The notes beneath the pieces were generated by a model. It did not search any database. It worked only from the letters and a program-made list of their open reading frames with translations, and was not told the origin of the DNA. Of a DNA stretch of 64,000 nucleotides, positions 20,160 to 29,804 are shown piece after piece. Position numbers and translations under genes: made by a program. The stretch is from an uncultured Planctomycetia bacterium (GTDB lineage Bacteria > Planctomycetota > MHYJ01 > WSZJ01 > CAZWCX01), in assembly GCA_964632945.1 (NCBI GenBank), contig CAZWCX010000007.1:30088-94087 (forward strand), written 5' to 3'. Every line of letters starts with the position of its first letter. Position 1 is the stretch's first letter.

Positions 20160-20187
20160 TCCCGCCGGACGGTGATCCCGGCGGGAC
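20160..20187 (+). other. Perfect 8-bp GC hairpin (cccgccgg / ccggcggg) between two same-strand genes. It may act as an attenuator or a weak terminator.
   Basis: An inverted repeat seen directly in the sequence, lying just upstream of the purine-rich RBS of the 20212 gene. There is no T-run after the stem. Confidence 0.3.
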
Positions 20188-20211
20188 GGGAGGGGGTGGG
20201 AGAAGCGCCGA

Positions 20212-22779
20212 ATGTCGACGAAGATCGTCAATTTCTTCGCGGATGCGCGTTACGAGGAAGTGGTCGAGGAAACCGACCGGTTCCTGCGCACCGTTCCCCG
20301 CAATACCACCGCGGTTCATCTCAAGGCCCAGGCGCTCTACCAGCTCGGTGATTACGGCGATTGCATTCGCCTGCTCGAAAAGGCGATCGTCTACCTCGTC
20401 GGCCGGGAACCCCTCGAAACGCGCCTCCAGTTGGCCGCCCTGCTGGCCAACGCCATGCTGGAGGAAGGGAGATACGAGGACGTGCGCGAACTCGTCGCGC
20501 ACTCCGTACCCGAGGAATCGACCGCGCGCGAAGAGTACGGGGAGTTGCTCCTCGCCGGCGCCTGGGCGGCCTACTTCGAAGGGTTGTTCCATCTGGCCAA
20601 CGCGGCCACCCTGCGCATTTTCGACGTGTCCCGGGAGCACTTCACGAGCGGTCGCGCGGCCCTCTGCGCCGCGCTGACCGCCCGCCGCGAAGGAGAACTG
20701 CACCGCGGCAAGGCCTACCTGATCAAGGCGCAGAGTCACCTTTCGCAGGCCCGCAACCTGTTCGGCAATCCCGAGCCGGTTCGCTCGCTTTACATCGTTC
20801 AGGCCCAGATCGCCCGCCGCGGCGTGAGCGAAGACCTGCCCGCCCTCGAAGTCGAAGTCGGTCGCCTGCCCCAGGGATCGAAGATGTCGTCCCTGCTCCG
20901 GCAGGCAGTCGCCCTGTACCGGAGGCATCTGCACAAGGAGCCGATCGCCTCGTCGGTGAACGAGGCGGTGAGGAGCGGCGTCAAGCGGTCCTGGGTGGCC
21001 CTGCTGCCCGGAGCGCAGGCCCGCCGCCCGACGATCGTGCAAGCCAATGTCCTCCCGGAGCCGGAGGAAGCTCCGGATCCGGCCCACGCGGCCGGCGACT
21101 CGGCGGCTCCGGAGTCGACCCTCGAGGCACCCCCCGCCGCGGCCACCGCGCCCCCCGCCGAAGAGGTCGTTCCCGACATGGCCGCCATCCTGCCGGCGGT
21201 GGAACCCGAGCCCGAGTACGTCCCGCTCGAGGAACCCGAGCCCGATTGGGTGGCCGCCCCACCGCTGATCCCGGGGGTCGCCGACGCCGCCGCTCTCGCG
21301 GAACCGGCGGACGCAGAGGCAGAGCCGGCGGCCGCGGAGGCGGAGCCGGCGGACCCGGCGGACCCGGAGTCTGCCCCGGCGGCCGCCGAGGCGGATCTCC
21401 CGCCGCTGCCCGCGACTGCCGCGGAAGACGCCGCGGCCTCCGAGTCTGCCTCTTCCGAATCGTCGAGCTCGGATGTCGGCAAGGCCACTTCGGCCTCCGG
21501 CATCATTCGGGAACTCTCCCGCGCGCCCCATCTGGAAGCCTCACCCGCCCTGGACGATCTGTTTTCGGATGAGTCGGAACCGCCGCGGCTCGCGCCTTCG
21601 GCCCCGGTCGAAGTGCCCAAGGCGCCTCCCCCCGGAGTGGCGCCCGCGTCGGGAGGCTCCCGCCCGCCGGCACGGCCGCTCGGGCCGCTCCCCGTTCCGG
21701 CGGTGCGATCGGAGCCGCCCGTGCCCGCGGGGACCGGGTCTCCCGCGCCGACCCCAGGGACTCCTCGGGCCGGGGTGCCTGCTCCACCCGCTGCGGCCGC
21801 GGAGTCCGGATCCACGGCGCCGGCGCGCCCCCGCACCCCGCCGGCCGCCCCCGCCCCGACCGGACGGGACACGGCCGCCAACGCGGACATCCCCGTCGCC
21901 CCGGTCGCCCGCGACGCCGGCTACACCCGCGTGGCCGATGTGACCAACCGTCCGCGCCGGGGCCCGGTCGTGCGCACCGCCGAGGACGCCACCCTGCTGC
22001 GGCACAAGAATCCGCCCGTCGGGTCGATCCTCCTCGTCGAACCCACCGATCGCCTCGCCAACGCGTTCGAGGAGTGTATCCGGGACTCCTCCTTCAAGAT
22101 CGCCATGCGCGTCGGCGACATCGACAGCGCGCTGGAGCAGTACGTCCTCCTGCGTCCCACGCTCGTGGTCGTCGATCTCCAGGCGCCGGGGGTGACGGGG
22201 CTCCACTCGGCCGGGACGCCCGCATTCGTGCGCATGTTCCTGGAGCTTGACTCCCACGCCAAGATCGCGGTGATCTACTCCACGCCGACCCGGGTCATGG
22301 TCCTCGAGGCCCTGCGCCAGGGCGCGCGCGCGCAGATCGAGCAACCGTTCGAGCGCTCCCGCGTCCTCGACGCGCTGAGCAAGGCGATGTCCGCGCGGAG
22401 CGCGCTGGAGGCGTTGCGCGTCCCGACGCTCGAATTGCGCCGCCCCGTCGCCTGTTCCTGGCGGCCGCTCGAAAGCGGCATGCGGACTCTGCTGGAGCCC
22501 TGGCGGCACTTCGTCGCGCGCTCGCTCGACCCGATGGGGTTGGAAGCGACGATCGATACGCCCCTGAGGGTAGGCACGCTCCTGCGGCTCAACCTGGAGA
22601 TCCCGGGGGGCGACAAACCGATCCAGACCCTGGCCGAGATCACCTCCTGCAAGCCGGAGCCCGCGATCAAGCTGAACACCGTGCGCTTCTCGTTCGTGAA
22701 GCTCCCGCCGGATGCGCGGGATCGGCTCGTGTCGTTCCTGATGAGCGCGATCGAGAAGGCGCAGGGGAAGACGCGGTAG
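20212..22779 (+). CDS. Multidomain protein with an N-terminal TPR-like domain, a ~330-aa Ala/Pro/Glu-rich low-complexity linker, a degenerate receiver (REC-like) domain and a C-terminal PilZ-like domain.
   Basis: N-terminal helical repeats are followed by a PA/PE-rich region. The REC-like block (SILLVEPTD...LVVVDLQAPGV...IYSTP...IEQPF) has Gln in place of the conserved Lys. The C-terminus (LRRPVACSW...GTLLRLNLEIPGGDKPIQ...VRFSFVKL) is PilZ-like. Confidence 0.7.
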   Translation: MSTKIVNFFADARYEEVVEETDRFLRTVPRNTTAVHLKAQALYQLGDYGDCIRLLEKAIVYLVGREPLETRLQLAALLANAMLEEGRYEDVRELVAHSVPEESTAREEYGELLLAGAWAAYFEGLFHLANAATLRIFDVSREHFTSGRAALCAALTARREGELHRGKAYLIKAQSHLSQARNLFGNPEPVRSLYIVQAQIARRGVSEDLPALEVEVGRLPQGSKMSSLLRQAVALYRRHLHKEPIASSVNEAVRSGVKRSWVALLPGAQARRPTIVQANVLPEPEEAPDPAHAAGDSAAPESTLEAPPAAATAPPAEEVVPDMAAILPAVEPEPEYVPLEEPEPDWVAAPPLIPGVADAAALAEPADAEAEPAAAEAEPADPADPESAPAAAEADLPPLPATAAEDAAASESASSESSSSDVGKATSASGIIRELSRAPHLEASPALDDLFSDESEPPRLAPSAPVEVPKAPPPGVAPASGGSRPPARPLGPLPVPAVRSEPPVPAGTGSPAPTPGTPRAGVPAPPAAAAESGSTAPARPRTPPAAPAPTGRDTAANADIPVAPVARDAGYTRVADVTNRPRRGPVVRTAEDATLLRHKNPPVGSILLVEPTDRLANAFEECIRDSSFKIAMRVGDIDSALEQYVLLRPTLVVVDLQAPGVTGLHSAGTPAFVRMFLELDSHAKIAVIYSTPTRVMVLEALRQGARAQIEQPFERSRVLDALSKAMSARSALEALRVPTLELRRPVACSWRPLESGMRTLLEPWRHFVARSLDPMGLEATIDTPLRVGTLLRLNLEIPGGDKPIQTLAEITSCKPEPAIKLNTVRFSFVKLPPDARDRLVSFLMSAIEKAQGKTR

Positions 22780-22827
22780 TCGCGCGCGGGGATTCCACCC
22801 GACGGTCGGGGCCGACGGAGGCGGGCG

Positions 22828-25449
22828 TCAACGCTTGCGTGCGGATGGGGCGCGGCGACGGCGGCGGCGGCCCGGCGAGACCTCCTTCCCCTCCTCCCAG
22901 CGCGCTTCCATCGAGGCCATGCGGTTTCGCAGGGCGCGATTCTCGTCCTTCAGCCGATCGATATCGGCGGTGATGCGGCCGATCGATCCGCGTTCGGAGC
23001 GCCGCTCGCGCAACCGGCGCAGGGCGTCCCGCGACACCTTGCGCAGGATGCCGATCGGCTCGCTCTCGGCGTGGCGTTGCAGCGCAGACGACGCCTGGTC
23101 GTCGAGGACCTGTGCCAGGGCATTGGCCGCGCACCGGCGCGCCGAATGGTCGGGATCCCGAAGCAGGTCCTCCAGGCGCTCGCGCACCGCCGCAGCCTTG
23201 CCGTCGGCATGTTCCCAGAGTCGTCCGAGGGCCTGGATCGCCGCGGTCCGCACCGCGAAGGGGCGGCCGTACTCCGCGCCGCGCTCGGCCAGCGCGATCC
23301 CCCGCGGGTCCTGCAATTCCGCCAGCCCATCCATGGCCGCGCCCGCGACCACGTCGTGGAACGAGCGCCGCCGGAACGCGCGACGGAGCGCGGGCAGCGT
23401 TCCCGATTGGCGCGTGCGCGCGAGGGCACGCACCGCTTCCGCGACGACGAAATCGCTCCGGTCGCGGCGGATGATGTCGCGGAGCAGGCGCGCGGCGGCG
23501 GGCGATCGGAACCGGCCGAGCGCGCGCGCAATCGCGCGCCGCACCTTCGGATGGCGGTCGCGGCGTCCCGTCTGCAGCGCCGCAAACGCCGAGTCCGACC
23601 GGATTTCTCCCAGCGCCGCGGCGGCCTCCGAGCGCACGCCGTGGAACCCGTCCTCGAGCAACGCTTCGGCGAGCGCCGAGACGATGCCGGGCTGGTCCTC
23701 CTTGCGGCCCATCCAGCGCGCCGCCTGCATGCGCGCCGATACGCCCGGGGAGCGCCGGAGATCGAATGCCAACTCCCGAGTCGGCTTCTCCGCGCGCAGC
23801 CGCTTCAGCAGCCAACCGTCCGGATCCAATTGCACCGAGTCGGGACGGACCGTGGCCGCGAACCAGAAGACGTGCTCGGAGCGCTCGATCTCGACGGGAT
23901 GGTCCTCGCAGCCGCCTTGCGCGTACACCCGCACGATCGCCGACGTGCGGAAGACCGGCGTGTCGCCGGTGACCGCTTGCGTCTGTTTCACCGTCACCGC
24001 CGCGCGGCTCGAGGCGGCGTCCCACTTCCAGGAAAAGGTGAATTCCGGGTGCCCGGACTTGTAGAGCCACTGCGAAAAGAAGGCGTCCAGCGCCTGGCCG
24101 GTCGCCTCCTCGATGGCGATCTTGAAGTCGCTCGTCTCCACGCTCTGACACCGGTGCTTGTGCACGTAGTGGTTGATCGCTTTCCACCAGAGGGCATCCC
24201 CGAGGTGGAAGCGGAGCATATGCAGCACCCAGGCCGCCTTCTGGTAGGAGTGGCGGTCGAAGAGGTCCTCCGGATCGCGGTAGTTCCGGGTGACGATCGA
24301 CCGCCGGTACGAGCCGCCGTCCTCCGCGTAGTAGTGATCGGCAAACTCCAGCATCCGCAAGGCGAACTCCTCGGGTCCCTTGCGGTGTTCCGTGTACAGC
24401 GCGTCGAAGTAGGTCGCGAACCCTTCGTTGAGCCACAGGTGCTCCCACGTCTTTGTGGTCAGCAGGTCCCCCCACCACTGGTGCGCCAGTTCGTGGGCCA
24501 CCAGGCCGTCCGAGTCGACGTCGTCGAGGACCTCCCGCGTGACCAGGGCGCGCTCGTTGATGGTGGTGAGGGAGGTGTTCTCCATCCCCCCCCACATGAA
24601 GTCGCTCAGCACCGCCTGCGCGTATTTCGCGTAGGGATAGGGATGGCCGATCTTCGCGGCGAAGAAACGCAGAATGTCCGGCGTCTTCCCGAACGTCGGT
24701 CGGGCCGCGGCCTCTTCTCCCTTGCGCACGTAGTAGCGCACCGGAATGCCGTCGCTGCGGTCGGACACCTCGACGAACTCGCCGACCACGATGGAGATGA
24801 GATAGGTGGTGTGGGGGACGTCCTGACGCCAGTGAAACGTCCGCTTTCTCGCCCTCCGGTCGTGGGTCGCGGACACGAGGCGGCCGTTGGAGAGGGCGGT
24901 GTAGCGGTCCCGCACCGTGAGGAGCACCTCGCTCGTGCACTTGTCGTTGGGAAAGTCCCAGCAGGGGAACCAGTAGCGGTTGTCCTCGCTTTCCCCCTGC
25001 GACCACACCTGGAACGGCTTCTTCGGGTATCCCTTGTCCGGGCGGATGAAGTAGAGCCCCTTGCACGGCTCGGCGTCATATTCGATCGAGAGGTCGAGCA
25101 CCTCTTCACTGGAGTAGGCGCGATCGAGCATGACGACGAGGACTTCCGGGGCCGCCACGAATTCGAGGTCGCGTCGGCCGCCGAGGGAGACGCGGCGGAT
25201 CTGCAGGTCGACGGCGTCGAGTTCCACGAGGCGGAGCTCGTGGATCGGGTGGAGGGTGAGCGTCGCGCTTCCCGAGATGCGTCCTCGCCGTTCGTCGACG
25301 GCCAGTTCGAGTCGCACGTGACGGACGTCGAAGGTGCGGCTGCGCGGCAGGTGCTCTCGCGCGTCGCCGCCGGCGAAGGCGCGATGGGCGGAGCCGGAGG
25401 TGGAATCGGCGGCATCGGCCCCGGCGCACTGGCGGCAGTACTGGTGCAT
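22828..25449 (-). CDS. M1-family aminopeptidase N fused to C-terminal HEAT/PBS-lyase-like repeats.
   Basis: GGMEN, HELAHQWWGDL (the HEXXH motif) and NEGFATY are present. The C-terminal repeats include VRRAIARALGRF and VVAEAVRALAR. The ATG was verified at 25449. Confidence 0.9.
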   Translation of the reverse strand: MHQYCRQCAGADAADSTSGSAHRAFAGGDAREHLPRSRTFDVRHVRLELAVDERRGRISGSATLTLHPIHELRLVELDAVDLQIRRVSLGGRRDLEFVAAPEVLVVMLDRAYSSEEVLDLSIEYDAEPCKGLYFIRPDKGYPKKPFQVWSQGESEDNRYWFPCWDFPNDKCTSEVLLTVRDRYTALSNGRLVSATHDRRARKRTFHWRQDVPHTTYLISIVVGEFVEVSDRSDGIPVRYYVRKGEEAAARPTFGKTPDILRFFAAKIGHPYPYAKYAQAVLSDFMWGGMENTSLTTINERALVTREVLDDVDSDGLVAHELAHQWWGDLLTTKTWEHLWLNEGFATYFDALYTEHRKGPEEFALRMLEFADHYYAEDGGSYRRSIVTRNYRDPEDLFDRHSYQKAAWVLHMLRFHLGDALWWKAINHYVHKHRCQSVETSDFKIAIEEATGQALDAFFSQWLYKSGHPEFTFSWKWDAASSRAAVTVKQTQAVTGDTPVFRTSAIVRVYAQGGCEDHPVEIERSEHVFWFAATVRPDSVQLDPDGWLLKRLRAEKPTRELAFDLRRSPGVSARMQAARWMGRKEDQPGIVSALAEALLEDGFHGVRSEAAAALGEIRSDSAFAALQTGRRDRHPKVRRAIARALGRFRSPAAARLLRDIIRRDRSDFVVAEAVRALARTRQSGTLPALRRAFRRRSFHDVVAGAAMDGLAELQDPRGIALAERGAEYGRPFAVRTAAIQALGRLWEHADGKAAAVRERLEDLLRDPDHSARRCAANALAQVLDDQASSALQRHAESEPIGILRKVSRDALRRLRERRSERGSIGRITADIDRLKDENRALRNRMASMEARWEEGKEVSPGRRRRRRAPSARKR

Positions 25450-25556
25450 GGTTGCTCCTTCTCTGGACGGCGGCAGCGGCATCTTAGGGCGGCGGACGGC
25501 GGGGCGTCAATCTCCGGGGGCCGGGGGCGGAACGCGCCCGGGACGGCGGGGCGCCG

Positions 25557-26690
25557 TCACGGCCGGATCCAGACCCGCTGGGCCCCCACCATGGCGGCCA
25601 CGACGACTCCGGCGAGGAAGAAGGGGGCGCCCGGAATCAGCAATCCCGTGGCCAGGGCCCCGCCGGTGATCGGCACCAAGACGTTCCCCGAACCGAGAAT
25701 CGCCTCGTGGAACCCCGTCAGCCGGCCTTCGGCCTTGGGTCCGGCGCGCAGGGAATAGTAGATCGATGAGACATAGCAGAGACCCAGGTAGGCGCCCAGG
25801 ACCGGCGTGACGAGAAAGATCCAGGGTCGGCCGGCCAGCAGCGGAAGGAGCAGCACGCAGATCAGCCCCGCACCCTGCATGACGTAGAAGAGGGAACGGT
25901 GAAGGATCCATCCGCCCCAGCGGCCGAACGCGCCGAAGGCCACGGTCTGGAACAGGTACACCAGACCGAGGAACCACCCGAAGTGGGCCGGCGCTCCGTC
26001 CATGGTCTTGATCAGTTCGGGATATTGCGAGTTGATGGTGGAGCCGATGCTCCAGGCGGCGAAGTTGGCGAGCCACGCCGCCTTCATGAACCGCGCCATG
26101 TCGGCCCGGGCCTCCGGCGGCGCTCCGTCGCTCTTCCGCTCGGCGTGGCCGGGATCGTGAGGGGTGCACAACCCGACCACCGCGGCCAGCAGGGCGGCGA
26201 CCCAGAGCGGACTCTCATAGTCGTTTCCGAACCGCAGCAGCAATTGTCCGCCGCACACGAAGCCCAACCCTTTGCCGCTGGACCAGACGATGTTGAACCA
26301 ACCCAGGTTCCGTTCCAGCGCGCGTCCGGCCGACATCCGGCCGATTCCGGCCTGGACCGCGGGCCAGAACAGCCCGGCGCCGACTCCCAGCGGCGCGCTC
26401 GCGGCCGCGATCCCCCACAAGGTCTCCGCTGCGCCCATCATGAGGCACGAGCAAGCCATGACGACGCACCCCGCCGCGGCGACGCGATAGCCGCGCGCCG
26501 TGTCGCTCAAGCCACCGGTGAGCGCGCACGTGAGGATGTAGAGAATCGCCGAAATCGCCGGCAGCAGGCCGAGGTAGAATTGGCTGGCCTGGAGGGAGAG
26601 GGCCTTGAAGGGGAGGACCGTCCACACGATGTACAGCATCAGGTCCAGCAGGAAGGACGCAATGCAGTACCGGACCATCCGCGGGTCCAC
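25557..26690 (-). CDS. MFS-family transporter.
   Basis: About twelve hydrophobic helices with MFS-like loop motifs (GGLSDTARGYR). Confidence 0.8.
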   Translation of the reverse strand: MDPRMVRYCIASFLLDLMLYIVWTVLPFKALSLQASQFYLGLLPAISAILYILTCALTGGLSDTARGYRVAAAGCVVMACSCLMMGAAETLWGIAAASAPLGVGAGLFWPAVQAGIGRMSAGRALERNLGWFNIVWSSGKGLGFVCGGQLLLRFGNDYESPLWVAALLAAVVGLCTPHDPGHAERKSDGAPPEARADMARFMKAAWLANFAAWSIGSTINSQYPELIKTMDGAPAHFGWFLGLVYLFQTVAFGAFGRWGGWILHRSLFYVMQGAGLICVLLLPLLAGRPWIFLVTPVLGAYLGLCYVSSIYYSLRAGPKAEGRLTGFHEAILGSGNVLVPITGGALATGLLIPGAPFFLAGVVVAAMVGAQRVWIRP

Positions 26691-26799
26691 GGGGCCCTCC
26701 GGGCAAACGCGGGTTGCCCCCTTTCCTATCCGGGAGAACGCTCGAAATCCAGAAATAATAGGCGGATAGGTAAATGCCCCCAGAGACCTTTGTTTTCAC

Positions 26800-26828
26800 T
26801 TGACTTCGTTGAACCTGACCGCTATTGT
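26800..26828 (+). promoter_or_regulatory. Sigma-70-like promoter (TTGACT, 17-bp spacer, TATTGT) upstream of the exonuclease gene, in a locally AT-richer stretch.
   Basis: Read directly from the sequence: ttgact tcgttgaacctgaccgc tattgt. It lies about 90 nt upstream of the ATG at 26921 and is divergent from the MFS gene. Confidence 0.45.
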
Positions 26829-26920
26829 GGCTCACGATTCGTGAGGCGACTCGTTTCCTGGACCGCACTTGCCACGGACGCGAGATGCCGGGTCGCCTGC
26901 CCAGCTCGACGAGGATTGCC

Positions 26921-27544
26921 ATGGCCAAGTCCGCCGCCCCACTTCCGGCCCCGGCGACGCCCCGGGAGTTCCAGCAACTCGACCTGTTCGCCGCCAGCAA
27001 GAAGGCGGGCGCACGCCTTCTGGCCTTCGACCTGGAGACGCAAAACTCTTTCGACGACGTTGGCGGGCGCGACAACCTGGGCGCCCTCAAGATGTCGGTC
27101 GGCATCACCTACGATCCGGACAAAGACCGCTTCGAGGTCTATCCCGAGCAGCGCGCGAGAGAGTTGGTCGATGACCTGCTCGATGCCCAGGTCGTGGTCG
27201 GCTTCAACATCCGCCGTTTCGACTACCGGGTTCTCGAACCGTATGCCGGCGGACGCGACCTGAGCAAGATCAAGACCCTCGACCTGCTGGAGAAGCTGGA
27301 GTCGGTCCTGGGCCATCGCGTCAAGCTGGACAGTTGCGCCTCCGCCACGCTCGGCACGCAGAAGAGCGGCCATGGCCTGCAGGCGATCGAGTGGTTCCGC
27401 TCGGGGCAGTTGTCGAAGGTGATCGACTACTGCAAGGACGATGTGAAGATCACGTACGAACTGTACCGCTACGGCCACGAGAAGAAGCATATCTTCATCA
27501 CGGACCGCAGCGGGGGAAAGCGCCGGGTCGAGGTCGACTGGTAA
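26921..27544 (+). CDS. DEDDy-type 3'-5' exonuclease with an RNase H-like fold.
   Basis: Exo I motif LAFDLET, Exo II motif VVGFNIRRFDYRVL and Exo III motif YCKDDVKITY. The ATG was verified at 26921. Confidence 0.7.
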   Translation: MAKSAAPLPAPATPREFQQLDLFAASKKAGARLLAFDLETQNSFDDVGGRDNLGALKMSVGITYDPDKDRFEVYPEQRARELVDDLLDAQVVVGFNIRRFDYRVLEPYAGGRDLSKIKTLDLLEKLESVLGHRVKLDSCASATLGTQKSGHGLQAIEWFRSGQLSKVIDYCKDDVKITYELYRYGHEKKHIFITDRSGGKRRVEVDW

Positions 27545-27560
27545 CGGCGCGATTCAGACT

Positions 27561-27632
27561 TGGGGGGACGGACCCAGGACCACGGTAGGGCCCTTGGGAT
27601 CAGGAGGGTGATCGACGTCCGTCCCCCTGGGG
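27561..27632 (+). terminator. Long-range inverted repeat (tggggggacggac ... gtccgtccccc) followed by TATTT, located between convergent genes.
   Basis: 11 to 13-nt complementary arms are separated by a ~43-nt loop. This is an atypical terminator geometry. Confidence 0.3.
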
Positions 27633-27710
27633 TATTTCCCCGAACCGGCGCCTGGCTCGGGTTGCATCCTGTCGGGGTGCGACCGGGAACCGGGGCGCTG
27701 CCCGCCTTCC

Positions 27711-28976
27711 CTACTTGAGGCCCTCCTCGAGCCGATCGAGCGAGACCAGCAGTTGCGCGAGTCCCTGCGCCACGCGGTCCTGTGCGACCGCGTCGCCCGC
27801 CACCAGCCCCGTGGATGCGTCCCGCAGGATGCGGACCACGTCCCGGGTCATCTGGGTCAACGGCGCGAACTCGAAGTCCGGCAGTGATTGCGACAGGCTC
27901 GCGATGCCGGCCAGCACCTTCCCTTGCCACCCCTGCAGCTGCGTCCTCACCACGGCCGCGTCCGGCTTCACCGCGCGGGACTCCTCGTACCACTTTCCGA
28001 AGTCTCGAAGCAGCTGCCGCAGGTCCTGCAGGAGGCGTCGCGCTTCGGAGGTGTCCTGCGGATGGGTGAACTGCAGGTACTCCATCCACATGAAGTAGGT
28101 GTCGTTGAACATTTCCGCGAATTCGAGAACCTTCTCCTTCGGCGGCCGCTCCGCGGCCGGCAAAGCCAGGCTGTCCCGGTAGCGCCCGACGACGCTGCGG
28201 AGATCGGACAGAAGCATGTCGATGTAGCGCCGGCCGTACCACTGCACCCAGAAGAGATCCCGCTCCGGGCGCAACTGATTGCGCGCCTGGATCTCGTGGT
28301 AGCGCGGGTCCCAATCGGACGTGAGCGCCGCGACGAACTCGTTGATCCCCGGTTCGGGACGCGCGTAGGCGGACTCGAAGAGCGCTTGGGCCTCCTGCTG
28401 CAGCCGGTGGAGGGTGATCATGTCCGTGCGCACCGAGTCGGCCGCGGTCCTGCGCTGGCGGTCGAGGTCTTCCAGGCTGCCGTGGCGGAAGGCGTGTCGA
28501 TGTTCGGGGACTTCGCCCACTCCGGCGAGGAACTTCGCCACGGCGTCGATCTGCGCCTCGAGCGGGACCCGCACGACCGCGACATAGTCGCCGGCGAACG
28601 GTTCCTCGGGAAAGAAGGCCATGCTGGCGGAGAATCGTCCGCTGCGGACGTCGGCGGTCGCCTCGTCGACCGTGACTTCCTCGATGACGAAAGGGGTGCC
28701 CTGCGCGGCGACCCGGGGCGGTGACTTGACCTGCTTGAGATAGAGCAGTTCGAGGTGCAGGGTGGCGTTGTCGGGCAGGTTGATGGAACCCTCGATCTGG
28801 AAGGTCCAGTTCTGCGCCCCCATCCTGCGCACCTCGGCCGTGACCGCGCAACGGATCGGGGATTCGCCCGCAGCCGCCGGCGGGGCCGCGGCGAAGACCA
28901 GGGCCAGGCCGCACGCCGCGGCCGCGCGCCTCAGTGCGACCCGGAACCGGGAAACGGCGGGGAGATTCATGCTCAC
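27711..28976 (-). CDS. Secreted hypothetical protein.
   Basis: Signal peptide (LALVFAAAPPAAAGE), followed by a soluble alpha/beta-like domain with no recognisable motif. Confidence 0.6.
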   Translation of the reverse strand: MSMNLPAVSRFRVALRRAAAACGLALVFAAAPPAAAGESPIRCAVTAEVRRMGAQNWTFQIEGSINLPDNATLHLELLYLKQVKSPPRVAAQGTPFVIEEVTVDEATADVRSGRFSASMAFFPEEPFAGDYVAVVRVPLEAQIDAVAKFLAGVGEVPEHRHAFRHGSLEDLDRQRRTAADSVRTDMITLHRLQQEAQALFESAYARPEPGINEFVAALTSDWDPRYHEIQARNQLRPERDLFWVQWYGRRYIDMLLSDLRSVVGRYRDSLALPAAERPPKEKVLEFAEMFNDTYFMWMEYLQFTHPQDTSEARRLLQDLRQLLRDFGKWYEESRAVKPDAAVVRTQLQGWQGKVLAGIASLSQSLPDFEFAPLTQMTRDVVRILRDASTGLVAGDAVAQDRVAQGLAQLLVSLDRLEEGLK

Positions 28977-29099
28977 CTGCGCGCGAAGGAATCGGAACTC
29001 CCCCGCATCTTACGCGCCCCCCCGCCCGGACGCAAGATCGCCGCGCGGGGGACGACTCGGACCCTTGACCTGCTTCCGGCTCTGTGATAGACGAGGCTC

Positions 29100-29543
29100 A
29101 TGCACACCAAGACTTCCATGCTGCGCAAGGAATTCGCCCTCCTGCGCGAGGCCCTGCCGGTCCGCTACAAGTTTCTGAGCAAGAAGCTGGGCGGCCCCTT
29201 GGTCCCCGAGATCTTCGAGGGGATCACCGATGACATCAACAGCGTCGGCATGCGCCTCGAAGGCGGCATTCCCGATCCGACTTGGACGATCGAAATGCTG
29301 ACGCGCGGGATCTACCTCGGCCTCAACATCCTGCTTCCCGCGAGCGAGGAGCCCATCAAGGCGCTTGGGCGCGTGATCTGGATCGAGGCCTGGGAGGAGG
29401 GGGAAGGCAAGCCGGTGGGGATGGGAGTCAAGTTCCGCGAGGTCAGCGCCGGCGACCGCCTCCGGCTCTCCACGACCATCGGCCAGATCCGCAAGGCGGC
29501 CGCCAGCACGCGCATCAACCCGTTCGACTTGAAGAACGCGTAG
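29100..29543 (+). CDS. PilZ-domain protein, a predicted c-di-GMP receptor.
   Basis: RKEFALLREALPVRYKF (the RxxxR motif) and GITDDINSVGMRL (the DxSxxG motif). Confidence 0.8.
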   Translation: MHTKTSMLRKEFALLREALPVRYKFLSKKLGGPLVPEIFEGITDDINSVGMRLEGGIPDPTWTIEMLTRGIYLGLNILLPASEEPIKALGRVIWIEAWEEGEGKPVGMGVKFREVSAGDRLRLSTTIGQIRKAAASTRINPFDLKNA

Positions 29544-29553
29544 CCCGGATGCT

Positions 29554-29582
29554 TGATGAAGCCGCGTCCGCGGCTTCATGAA
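29554..29582 (+). terminator. Hairpin immediately downstream of the PilZ stop codon.
   Basis: Inverted repeat gatgaagccgcg tc cgcggcttcat. There is no clear U-tract after it. Confidence 0.35.
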
Positions 29583-29804
29583 GAATCGGCCCGCCGGCTC
29601 CGGGTTGCGTCAGCCGCCAGGACCGCCCGGGCGCCCCGCGTGCGCCACGCGGTGTCGCACGCGGGGCGAGGCAGGCCCGCTCCGGCCGGCCTCTCAGCAC
29701 GGCCGGAGCCGGATGGTTCGCGAACCGCGAAGCGGTTCGCGATTCATCCGGGCCCGGTGGATTCCGCGGGGCGCGGGGCTGCCCCGCACGGAGCCCCCAC
29801 CCCG

